Shown here: piece after piece, positions 49,030-57,993 of the stretch
Layout: each line of letters opens with the position of its first letter
How positions within the stretch are numbered: position 1 is the stretch's first letter
Virus record (IMG/VR): IMGVR_UViG_3300033149_005651
Strand: one strand, 5' to 3'
From: an uncultured virus (IMG/VR IMGVR_UViG_3300033149_005651)
Taxonomy: Duplodnaviria; Heunggongvirae; Uroviricota; Caudoviricetes
DNA: 58,583 nt
Notes under the pieces: generated by a model
Told to the model about the DNA's origin: nothing
The model's database searches: none
The model's input: the letters and a program-made list of their open reading frames with translations, nothing else
Program-made: the position numbers and the translations under genes

Positions 49030-49703
49030 TGTTGCTGCATCATCAAACAAATTTTGTAATCATGGCAAGGGGGCGATGCGGATCTACATGGTTATCATTC
49101 ACACTTAATAAGCACAGTATGATTGATTGTGCCAATGAATTACAGCTTACGCTGAATATATCCCCACAATCTATCTGGCCAAAATTAATAAAAGAACAAT
49201 ATAATAAAAATTGCCGAAGTAATGGATTCACATTTTTCTATAATCACATGGCTGGTAAAGATTATGAAACCAGTTTAGATTTAATAGACAGCCATGATCC
49301 AGTCATATTCATCCTCGAACGGAAAAACATATTAGACCAATACTTATCAACTGTTCTTTCAAATAATTCAGAAATATGGGTAATTAATAAAAAATCCCCA
49401 TTATCATATTGCGATAAATACAACACGGCAACATATTTAAAATTCAAAGATTTTAAATACTATGCCGCAGGAGCATATCATTGGCGAGCTAAAATATACA
49501 AACGTTATAAAGACGCAAAACTCCTTTGGTATGAAGATCTCGATATCGGGTCTGTAGTTGAAGCACTTGGGTTACCACCAGAAAAACATACAGACCATAC
49601 ATTCAAAATGCGAACAAAATCAAAAAAGGAATTAATAAAGAATTTTGATGAATTTGAGAAATTGTTAAAAGGAACTGAAGACGAATGGATGCTTGATAAT
49701 TAA
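49029..49703 (+). CDS. Stf0-like sulfotransferase
   Basis: RGRCGSTWL (5'-PSB), ILERKNILDQYLS (3'-PB-like), WYEDL; TAATG-coupled to the structural gene. Confidence 0.75.
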   Translation: MLLHHQTNFVIMARGRCGSTWLSFTLNKHSMIDCANELQLTLNISPQSIWPKLIKEQYNKNCRSNGFTFFYNHMAGKDYETSLDLIDSHDPVIFILERKNILDQYLSTVLSNNSEIWVINKKSPLSYCDKYNTATYLKFKDFKYYAAGAYHWRAKIYKRYKDAKLLWYEDLDIGSVVEALGLPPEKHTDHTFKMRTKSKKELIKNFDEFEKLLKGTEDEWMLDN

Positions 49704-49743
49704 CACCTCCAGTGGTTTTGCAACATCCTATCGGAGGTATTTT

Positions 49744-50088
49744 ATGAGATTTTTAATTAGAATGATTCCTGCTTCGTTTAAGCAGCATATAGAGAATAAT
49801 TGTACCGCTATCCTGCGAACTAAAAGCACGGTCCACGAATTAGATGATCCGACCAATCCGATTGCAGTATCTAGTGAATTATTTCTAGAACTTCGCGGTA
49901 TTGATGGAGAATTAATACCAGGTGATTTCAAAATACTCCAAGAATCAAATATTGTTATAGAGGGAGAACTTGTTAATGGGAAATCAGAACATTTAGACCT
50001 AGACGAGAGACCACTTGTTCGTGGTATAGCTTATGAAATTATCGTTAATCCAAGAGGCGACCATAAAATGGACGGGTCCTCTACATAA
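49744..50088 (+). CDS. Hypothetical protein
   Basis: GGAGG RBS before ATG 49744. Confidence 0.6.
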   Translation: MRFLIRMIPASFKQHIENNCTAILRTKSTVHELDDPTNPIAVSSELFLELRGIDGELIPGDFKILQESNIVIEGELVNGKSEHLDLDERPLVRGIAYEIIVNPRGDHKMDGSST

Positions 50089-50821
50089 TTTTTTAGGTGA
50101 TGGTTCAGATTGGACTCTCAATTTTGGCACCGGCGATACATCGCGATCATCATTTCTATATATCAAAGCCCCCATGAGTTTAATAAACTCCTCGATAAAG
50201 CACATCGCACAAAGTCAGCTCATTTGGGCTTTACCAAATGCTACAGAAGGTGTATGTGAAAATATCGGCACGGATAAGAATAAAACAAAAGAAAGAATTG
50301 CTACAATTCAAAGTGCGTATCCTGACGCCGAGATTTATGCATATCCGAAATTAACGCATGTTGGCGAATCCCATATAACAATTTCAATGGATCCAGAACT
50401 TAGAAAAGCTTTGGATAATTTACCAACTATCGGAACAGGATTAGCTCGTGATATCAAAGCTCTTCAATACTTAAAAATTGGTAAAAAACATCTTTTTGAT
50501 AATTCCGGAAAGGGTTTAACAACCGATTATTTATTAGAAACCGAAGAACCATATAAAGTTCTTCGAGCGGGGTATTATTCTGACGATTATGATCCAACAG
50601 GGCCAATGTTGGTTGCACTCAATTTACTCACAGATCTCTATAGTGATGTTAGAGAAGCCCTGAATTTACCGGCCAAATTTGTGATGAATAATGGGATCGC
50701 TTGGAAGCAACATGTCACTATTGGTTACATCCCGCAAAAGAATCTAATCAATCGATCATTTGTTGATAAGCATGGTAGCTCGCCAAGACAAAAATCTAAA
50801 GCATTCCAAGATCAATTTTAA
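50033..50821 (+). CDS. 2H phosphoesterase (Acb1/gp57B-like fold)
   Basis: Two HxT motifs, SHITI (~50372) and QHVTIG (~50711); N-terminal MKLSLIQE leader. Confidence 0.65.
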   Translation: MKLSLIQEATIKWTGPLHNFLGDGSDWTLNFGTGDTSRSSFLYIKAPMSLINSSIKHIAQSQLIWALPNATEGVCENIGTDKNKTKERIATIQSAYPDAEIYAYPKLTHVGESHITISMDPELRKALDNLPTIGTGLARDIKALQYLKIGKKHLFDNSGKGLTTDYLLETEEPYKVLRAGYYSDDYDPTGPMLVALNLLTDLYSDVREALNLPAKFVMNNGIAWKQHVTIGYIPQKNLINRSFVDKHGSSPRQKSKAFQDQF

Positions 50822-51101
50822 AATCGGCATATGTCATTGATTGATATTTTGCTTTTATTTTGGCTATTTTGTGATTGTATTTTCTAAGAACGTCTTCTGG
50901 TTCTGGTTCTTCGTGTGACATCATCGCTGGGGAATGAGAAAAGATTATGTTGTTCGTTGATTCGGGTATTATAGAAATGGATTCGGATATTATGGAAATG
51001 GTTATCAGTGGTTGTTTATTTGGGTGATATTCACCAATAAGTTCAATAATTAAATCTTCCGGCGTATCTGATATTGCTAATTCTTCAGCAAACCATATCA
51101 T
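50796..51101 (-). CDS. Hypothetical protein
   Basis: ATGA-coupled to the upstream gene. Confidence 0.5.
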   Translation of the reverse strand: MIWFAEELAISDTPEDLIIELIGEYHPNKQPLITISIISESISIIPESTNNIIFSHSPAMMSHEEPEPEDVLRKYNHKIAKIKAKYQSMTYADFKIDLGML

Positions 51102-51397
51102 TTGAGTTTTTTCTTTCTGCTATTTGTCCTGACGATCGTTTCATTAGACTCGACCATATACGCTGTGATTTGTTCAAATCTTTCACAAGCATCAAGCATA
51201 GCATCAAGAAGCTGTCCTGTACCGTTGACTACCATAACTTTCGGTAATATTGTTCCACCACGTATTGTATTCACGCAGTTTCTTGCGATAGTATTAGCTT
51301 CTTCTGAAGATGAACTAGCTCCTCCGAAATATACCCCTTGTAAATTAATGTTTTCTTTGTCCGCGATAATTTTTGCATAAGCGACAATATATTTCAC
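51098..51397 (-). CDS. Hypothetical protein
   Basis: GGGAG RBS, GTG start. Confidence 0.6.
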   Translation of the reverse strand: MKYIVAYAKIIADKENINLQGVYFGGASSSSEEANTIARNCVNTIRGGTILPKVMVVNGTGQLLDAMLDACERFEQITAYMVESNETIVRTNSRKKKLK

Positions 51398-51429
51398 TGC
51401 GATACTCCCTAGAAGCAGTTAAACGAATC

Positions 51430-52185
51430 CTATTTCCCGCTTGAGCCCCACCCATTATCAGCTCTACCATTTTGCACTGGGCTAAATTCATTGACCACCA
51501 TAAAATCGGCATGTATTATCTTATGGAGCACTAACTGTGCTATTCTATCACCCTCTCGAACATTGTAGGGCACATTAGAATTATTAACGAGCATCACTTT
51601 TAAAAGTCCTTGATATGTTCCATCTATAATCCCTCTGTACGGTGTAACACCATCTGAAAAAACACTAGACCGCCCTTCAATTGTATAATACGTATCTTCG
51701 GGTGGTGATACTATAATTCCAGTATCAATATTTGCTACAGCGTGTGCTTCAATTATTACATTTTCTACCGAATGAACATCATAACCAGCATCGCTAGTTC
51801 TCTTACGATATGGCAACTGTCCCTTTTCATGTACTATTTTACATTCTAATCTGACATAAGGACTAAAATTGCGAGATTGTAAAGGTTGTGGCCATGTGCA
51901 ACCTTTACATAAATAGGTCAATCCATCGTATGTATTATCAGCAGAAAAAGATGAATATGGCAAATATTCTTCGCAACCATCACACCATTTTACTTTAAGA
52001 CCATCATCTCGTACAACATGTGTTGGACAGGAATGTAATAAATGAATATTTTTAAATTCCCTTAAAAATTTTTCCCCACATTTGATACAACGTACATAAA
52101 CCTGTTCGTGCGAACCAACAAGCTTATGAAATTCCTCACTGGTCTTTTTATCCAATAACTCGACATTTCCGAATCTTCTAAACAT
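51430..52185 (-). CDS. dut: Trimeric dUTPase with an N-terminal Cys-rich extension
   Basis: AGYDV, GRSS, GIIDGTYQG, GDRIAQLV and RADNGWGSSG (motifs I-V). Confidence 0.92.
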   Translation of the reverse strand: MFRRFGNVELLDKKTSEEFHKLVGSHEQVYVRCIKCGEKFLREFKNIHLLHSCPTHVVRDDGLKVKWCDGCEEYLPYSSFSADNTYDGLTYLCKGCTWPQPLQSRNFSPYVRLECKIVHEKGQLPYRKRTSDAGYDVHSVENVIIEAHAVANIDTGIIVSPPEDTYYTIEGRSSVFSDGVTPYRGIIDGTYQGLLKVMLVNNSNVPYNVREGDRIAQLVLHKIIHADFMVVNEFSPVQNGRADNGWGSSGK

Positions 52186-52447
52186 GGGTAAAATTTTCTC
52201 GTATCGGGCTATTAATACTAAAGGGATAATTGTCGAAGGCAGGGTGGAATCACGTGATTTTAGTAGTTTAGCTCTATCACTCAGAGAAGAACAACTTCAA
52301 ATAATAGAGGCAATAGTATCACCGGGGACAAATTTAGCAGAAAATCGTTTAGAAAAAATGTATAGTCGCGTCACCCCGGCCAAACATTGCCTTCCAAAAC
52401 CGCCAATACATAAACTGATCAGGTTGATAAGATTATTATTTTCCTGA
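52184..52447 (+). CDS. Small protein resembling the N-terminus of PilC/GspF
   Basis: FSYRAINTKG..VEG.VES.....LALSLREEQLQII; no transmembrane or GspF helical domains. Confidence 0.55.
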   Translation: MGKIFSYRAINTKGIIVEGRVESRDFSSLALSLREEQLQIIEAIVSPGTNLAENRLEKMYSRVTPAKHCLPKPPIHKLIRLIRLLFS

Positions 52448-53149
52448 ACAAACAACACGCTCCTTGATTAAAGCAATTAAATCCTGAACAATCTCAGATG
52501 CCACATGATGCAATGACATCGAAGAGTCAATATATTTTACATTTTCTAATGCTACTGATTTCGCAAGTGCCATTGTTCGTTCAGGAGGACCAGTAAGAAA
52601 ATTATCATATATATCAATGATCTTTTCAAAAAAATCATCTGGCTTATCATCAAAATAATCTTTTCCAACACGTGTTTTCCTTACACGATCGATAGCGATT
52701 TTTGGTGGACATCTAAAAATATATAAACGATCCGCTTTTGGAATAGTTACCATAGTAAAGAGGCGTTGTATCTGTTCTATGCTGACATCCTCGGCGCTAC
52801 CATAAGCTATAGCACTAACCAAATTCGATCGATCAGCAAACACCCATTTATTATCTGCTAAAGCTGGTTTTAACAGAGATTTAGTGAAACTAATCAAATC
52901 GATCGTATAAAGCATTTGACGAGATAAAGGATCAATTTCGATATTCGGATCGATCTCTTCCGAGTTTTTGACTAGTTTCCTGATATGTTTACCAAGTGGT
53001 GTACTACCAGGATGATATGTCAACTCGATAGGTCTATTTTCGAGTCCATTGGCTATTAACGCATCTGGGAGCATTTTCGCAACTAATTTCATTGTTGTTG
53101 ATTTGCCGGTCCCATCTGCACCTTCAAATATTATATATAATCCTCTCAA
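52436..53149 (-). CDS. tmk: Thymidylate kinase
   Basis: IIFEGADGTGKST P-loop, HPG.T.LG, FADRS...S.IAYG. Confidence 0.9.
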   Translation of the reverse strand: MRGLYIIFEGADGTGKSTTMKLVAKMLPDALIANGLENRPIELTYHPGSTPLGKHIRKLVKNSEEIDPNIEIDPLSRQMLYTIDLISFTKSLLKPALADNKWVFADRSNLVSAIAYGSAEDVSIEQIQRLFTMVTIPKADRLYIFRCPPKIAIDRVRKTRVGKDYFDDKPDDFFEKIIDIYDNFLTGPPERTMALAKSVALENVKYIDSSMSLHHVASEIVQDLIALIKERVVCSGK

Positions 53150-53170
53150 TTTATTTTCTTTCTGTAATGG

Positions 53171-53647
53171 TTATCTGCGCGGGTTCTTTGGGATACATAA
53201 TAGTTTATGGTTTTCCCACTCTGTTTCTAAAAAGCAATCTATACCTTTTGCTATCTTTAGTTTGTTAAGCATTTTTCTCGTTTGGCCAGCAGCTTTCCAT
53301 ACTGCTGATTCATAATCGCTAAAACCTTGTGGTTTAATTGGCCGTTTTCCTTTTTTATACAAACTACGAGCCTTAACGATAGATACTTTACGTTCTTTCG
53401 CCAAAAGAGTACAAGAATATTTTCTAAGTTCTCCAGCAAGCTTCCAAATATCTTTCTCTAAGACCTTCGCCTTCTCTATAGCGTCACCACTAGTGATAAA
53501 ATACGCATTTGGATCAATCGAATTAAAATCCTCCATCTCTAATCCGTATTTAAAAGGATTAATGTTCCCAATATGGTCATTAATTCGTAATTCAAATACA
53601 GAAGGCTTAATATCACCAAAGTCTTGACCAACTAGTGGTAAACCCAT
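53171..53647 (-). CDS. Hypothetical protein
   Basis: AAGGA RBS before MGLPL. Confidence 0.6.
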   Translation of the reverse strand: MGLPLVGQDFGDIKPSVFELRINDHIGNINPFKYGLEMEDFNSIDPNAYFITSGDAIEKAKVLEKDIWKLAGELRKYSCTLLAKERKVSIVKARSLYKKGKRPIKPQGFSDYESAVWKAAGQTRKMLNKLKIAKGIDCFLETEWENHKLLCIPKNPRR

Positions 53648-53670
53648 AATAATATCCTTTTGAAAAAACA

Positions 53671-54315
53671 ATGCATTATATACCAATTAATCGCCATTCA
53701 TTAGTGACAAATAAACGATTTGACACAAAAATAGATTTATCAAAAATCAAAATCGATGAAGCTCTTTCACAATATTATGTATCACAACCAAAATCAAAAT
53801 ATATCAATATATTATACCCAAAAGAAGCGATAGATATTTTATGTTTGTCAAGATCAGACAAATGGCCAATTAATGGACCGCCAGATCCGATTTTAGAAAA
53901 GGTCTTGACATTATGGCTACGCGATAGGATCGATCCGAATCAATATTCAATTCAATTATTTGAAGCAATTAAAAAATTAGACTGTTTGGATGGAGTATAT
54001 CTTAGGCTTAATTTTGATATAATTACCCAACCAACAGCAACATATATTAAAGTTGATGGTGTTACTAAAAATAAAAGTAAGACCCAATTTTCAGGAGAAA
54101 CACGTATACGAATCAAACAATTCCTAAAGCAAGATGGGAAATACTTATCGCATATTGATGATGTTTATAATGGCCTTAGAAGAATCCACGAGCAATACGA
54201 TTTAGAACAATCGCTTTTAGCATGGATGGCATATTTAGTAATCAAAGCAGTAGCTGAAAATGCTCAACCGCATCTTAGAAATAATCAATTATTATTAGAA
54301 ACTTCTCTTAAATAA
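53671..54315 (+). CDS. Hypothetical protein
   Basis: 214 aa ORF. Confidence 0.55.
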   Translation: MHYIPINRHSLVTNKRFDTKIDLSKIKIDEALSQYYVSQPKSKYINILYPKEAIDILCLSRSDKWPINGPPDPILEKVLTLWLRDRIDPNQYSIQLFEAIKKLDCLDGVYLRLNFDIITQPTATYIKVDGVTKNKSKTQFSGETRIRIKQFLKQDGKYLSHIDDVYNGLRRIHEQYDLEQSLLAWMAYLVIKAVAENAQPHLRNNQLLLETSLK

Positions 54316-54587
54316 TTCATTATCGTAGCCCAGTCTCCAAAAACTGGCATAAATGTTTCATGTTGATTTTTCAAATAAACTTCAAAACGCTTTAAGATTC
54401 TGTCGATTCGCAAATGACCATTAATACCATCTTTAGCTATATTAATTATTATAGCGTGGTCAAAATTATCGATTTCAGATGTTAAAATATAAAGTGATTC
54501 TATTTGTTCGCAAAAATGATCTATACATACATCATTAACTTTATACTTTAAATCGAATAATTCATTATTTATTTGTTTTGGTATCAC
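54285..54587 (-). CDS. Hypothetical protein
   Basis: 100 aa ORF. Confidence 0.45.
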   Translation of the reverse strand: MIPKQINNELFDLKYKVNDVCIDHFCEQIESLYILTSEIDNFDHAIIINIAKDGINGHLRIDRILKRFEVYLKNQHETFMPVFGDWATIMNYLREVSNNN

Positions 54588-54604
54588 TACCGATCAAATA
54601 CAGA

Positions 54605-54844
54605 TTAGAAATAAAGCACTTCATTTTTAATCTCTTTGAGTGATTCAGCCATTCTTTCTATTTCTGATGCTTTATTTGGTGGTAAAAAATTAGCTATTCT
54701 ATCGATAATTTCACGGCAATCGGTAAGTCCTAAAAGCGCCGATCTATGATCTTTCGTTTTAACTGCTTTAATCACATCATCGATATGATGTGATAATACT
54801 AATAATTCATTTTGCAATTGATCAGGTGATATTTGATTAACCAT
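54605..54844 (-). CDS. Hypothetical protein
   Basis: GGAGG RBS before MVNQ. Confidence 0.6.
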   Translation of the reverse strand: MVNQISPDQLQNELLVLSHHIDDVIKAVKTKDHRSALLGLTDCREIIDRIANFLPPNKASEIERMAESLKEIKNEVLYF

Positions 54845-54861
54845 TTCATACCCTCCATACA

Positions 54862-54889
54862 ACAAGAACCACCTTTCGGTGGTTCTTGT
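54862..54889 (-). terminator. Terminator hairpin
   Basis: Minus strand ACAAGAACCACC-GAAA-GGTGGTTCTTGT, downstream of 54914..57943. Confidence 0.75.
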
Positions 54890-54913
54890 GTGTCCAAAGC
54901 AGCGAAAACCAAA

Positions 54914-57900
54914 CTAACTAACTATCGTAACAGCACTACCCCATCGATGCTTCCCAACACGACAGGCAGTACCTTTAGAAACCAAACCCTCTGCAAAAGC
55001 TTCGGCTGTCCTGTTAAATCTGAATAGTGCTTTACCACCAGAAACAATTGGACGCCGAACTTTAACTTGAGTCAATGGAATATTATACTTCCTAAGGCAT
55101 CGCTTGCCTTTACCATAATATGTTTCTAAAACAACTTGATCAGCCGGATGCATTTGCAATAATTCCTCAGCATCCGCAAGTGCTTCCGCAAGTCGTTTAC
55201 GTCCAATTGTTCTTTTCAAACCGTTGCCTTCATTTACAAGGCAAGTAAATTGAACGGTGAATTTTCCTCGCAAACCTTTCGCACCTTCTCTAATCGGTTT
55301 TCTAATATATTTAGCTAACCGATTAACATTCTCTTTTACTGATTTTGCTTGACCACCGGTTCCAGTCATACCCTTCTCAGTGCCCTTAATAATCGGGGTT
55401 TCCTCTGGGCTACTCTGAGTTTTATGCTTTCGCGGCCAAGCTTCGCCTTCATCTGTAGTATCAGAATCAGACTTTGGTAAAAATTCAGATGTATTGCTAG
55501 CACTTCCATCAGATATTTTATTACCTGACGCACCATCCATAGCATCTGAACCGCCTTCAGTCAATGGATTAAATCCAGGAAATTTATTCATCAATTCTTG
55601 AAGCGAGCCTTTAACTTTCGTCGGGCACCGACGTGGGTTGATCCCATTAGCGTGATAATCCCACGAATGATTTAATGCTTCACCAATTGTTGTTCGACGA
55701 TTTCCTTGATTTCTTCCGATAATATTTCGAGCAGAAACCATAAATCGCTTCAGAGATTCTTCCATGTTTGGGCTGAATTCGGTTTCCATTTCAGCAAATT
55801 CATCATCTTCTTCTCCGCCCATTCCGCCCATTCTGCCCATTTCGTCCATTCCGCCTATTCCGAATTCATCTCCGAATCCATCTCCGAATTCATCTTCATC
55901 TTCGAATTCATCTTCGCCACCCATTTCAGCACCGAAATCTAAATTCTCATCTACATCATCTTCAAAACTTCCCATCGGATCAGGAAGCATTCCTTCATCC
56001 CCGATTCCACCGGCGTCCATACCCATTCCGCCCATTCCGTCCATTTCAGCACCGCATTCAGGACACACAGCTTCACCAGGTGCTTCTGCGCCACATTCCG
56101 GGCATGAATCATCAGAACCATAAGAACCTGGTCCTGTCATGGCTTCATCTGCTCGAAAATCCGCCAGATTATCTTCATAATAGTCAGAATCTTCAAGATC
56201 TTGACCCATACCAGGTCCCATATCAGGTCCTATACCAGGTCCTATACCAGGTCCAGGTCCCATATCAGGTCCCATACCAGGTCTATCAGGTCTATCAGGT
56301 CTACCAACCTGTAATTCATTAATCATTCTACGACGATGACGACGACGATTTTCTTTCAATGTTCGACGACGACCTTTACCACGACTCCGACTTTCCCATG
56401 GCTTACCTGAATCGGTATCAGAATCATCCGAATCTGAATCATCACAGTCCGAATCCGAAGAATCCGCATCAGAATCATCACAATCCGAATCCGAGGAATC
56501 CGAATCAGAGTCTGAATCGTCGCTACCAAATAATGGTGCAGCACCTGGGAATGGTCCTTTACCCTCAGCAAGAGGCGTTGGGACCCAGTAAGGACCATTC
56601 GCGTCAGTGCCTTCATAGAAGATAAATTCGCGATTAGCCTTCATCAACTGAACCAAAGATGTTTCATCTAGATTGATTTCGCAACCATGAGCTTTGCAAA
56701 GTGATTGGAAATCTTCGAGACACACAGCTTCTATGTCTCTCGCATAACTATTAAAGAGAACATGAACATTCGTCTCGCCTTCCATCATAGTAGCAAACAA
56801 TGATGGGGTCCATCTTCCTTCACTTGGTTGTCCGTACTGAGGACCACTAGTACCAGTAATAGTACCCTTGCTTGGCATACCAGATCCGCCAGATTTAATG
56901 GACAATTCATCTTGTCCAGATCCACCCTTTAGTGTTCCGCCATCGCTCCAGCGATTGCCTTCGAATGGCTCAGCAACACCGCTACCGGAGTTTTTGGCTT
57001 CATCTGGCCAATTATGACCCATTTCGGTTTGATGACCGTCCGTTGGTTCTCCAACAGAACTTTCATGGCTACCTTGTGGTTTGTTTTCGACACCATCGTC
57101 GTCAACATCACACATCGCAGGAGTATCATTGTGTTTTCTGGGCCATTCCTTGCCCTGGTTACTTGTGTTGGTATCATATGAACCAACTTTATCCTTCTTC
57201 GGCTTCCTTTCCGCAACTCCATTGCCAATTGGACTTGGCATTTGATAATCACCGGGATCGTAATCGCCTCCACCAGCGAAGGACGGTTCCCATTCTCTTA
57301 AGATTCTTTTATTAACTGGCATGAGACTCTCCGAAGTATCGATGGCTTTGTCTTGGTCATCCTCATCGTCCTCGTCGTCGAGGGTGTCATAAGGAGCAGG
57401 TCCGATTGCTATTGCACCAGTCCCTGTGAACGATTCCGAATGTGTGGCCCCATAATCGAGCCTATCGCCGCCATATCCTGTAATATATTTGTTTCGAGAC
57501 GGTTTACCTCGAACCGCACTAGCTTTGATTCTAGATTTTATTCTAGATAGCTCTGGGCCATCAGAGGCTTGTTTTGTAGTAGACGTAAAATCGTTTGGAG
57601 AATCTTGAGCAATTCTCTCCTCCTCGTGATCACCCCTAACGAGTTGTGGAGCACTATCTGCTGACCCCATCGGAGTAACAGCATTGTGTGTTCTTTCATA
57701 ACCTTGCTGCTCTGGAGACATAGCCGGAGAAGGACCGGCAAAATCAACACCTTCACCATAGTATTCAATCATCTCACAGAGATCTTCAGCAAGTTCGCTC
57801 AAAGTCTCTTCATCTTTCTCGCCTTTTTTCTTAATAACTAATTCTTTATCGCCAGTTGGATTAAGCCTATAATGAGCATCATGGCGCTCAATTTCACCAT

Positions 57901-57943
57901 CATCTGGTTCAATTTCCGGCATTTCTGGAGCTTTATCGGTCAT
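54914..57943 (-). CDS. Large acidic low-complexity protein, candidate prohead core/scaffold or internal polyprotein
   Basis: Many hydrophobic-x-E sites, DS/GP/GM repeats, a double CPECG knuckle; followed by a terminator. Confidence 0.55.
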   Translation of the reverse strand: MTDKAPEMPEIEPDDGEIERHDAHYRLNPTGDKELVIKKKGEKDEETLSELAEDLCEMIEYYGEGVDFAGPSPAMSPEQQGYERTHNAVTPMGSADSAPQLVRGDHEEERIAQDSPNDFTSTTKQASDGPELSRIKSRIKASAVRGKPSRNKYITGYGGDRLDYGATHSESFTGTGAIAIGPAPYDTLDDEDDEDDQDKAIDTSESLMPVNKRILREWEPSFAGGGDYDPGDYQMPSPIGNGVAERKPKKDKVGSYDTNTSNQGKEWPRKHNDTPAMCDVDDDGVENKPQGSHESSVGEPTDGHQTEMGHNWPDEAKNSGSGVAEPFEGNRWSDGGTLKGGSGQDELSIKSGGSGMPSKGTITGTSGPQYGQPSEGRWTPSLFATMMEGETNVHVLFNSYARDIEAVCLEDFQSLCKAHGCEINLDETSLVQLMKANREFIFYEGTDANGPYWVPTPLAEGKGPFPGAAPLFGSDDSDSDSDSSDSDCDDSDADSSDSDCDDSDSDDSDTDSGKPWESRSRGKGRRRTLKENRRRHRRRMINELQVGRPDRPDRPGMGPDMGPGPGIGPGIGPDMGPGMGQDLEDSDYYEDNLADFRADEAMTGPGSYGSDDSCPECGAEAPGEAVCPECGAEMDGMGGMGMDAGGIGDEGMLPDPMGSFEDDVDENLDFGAEMGGEDEFEDEDEFGDGFGDEFGIGGMDEMGRMGGMGGEEDDEFAEMETEFSPNMEESLKRFMVSARNIIGRNQGNRRTTIGEALNHSWDYHANGINPRRCPTKVKGSLQELMNKFPGFNPLTEGGSDAMDGASGNKISDGSASNTSEFLPKSDSDTTDEGEAWPRKHKTQSSPEETPIIKGTEKGMTGTGGQAKSVKENVNRLAKYIRKPIREGAKGLRGKFTVQFTCLVNEGNGLKRTIGRKRLAEALADAEELLQMHPADQVVLETYYGKGKRCLRKYNIPLTQVKVRRPIVSGGKALFRFNRTAEAFAEGLVSKGTACRVGKHRWGSAVTIVS

Positions 57944-57993
57944 TTTAATAAACCACGTATGTCTCGCGGGTCTACTTTCATTTTTATTCTACA

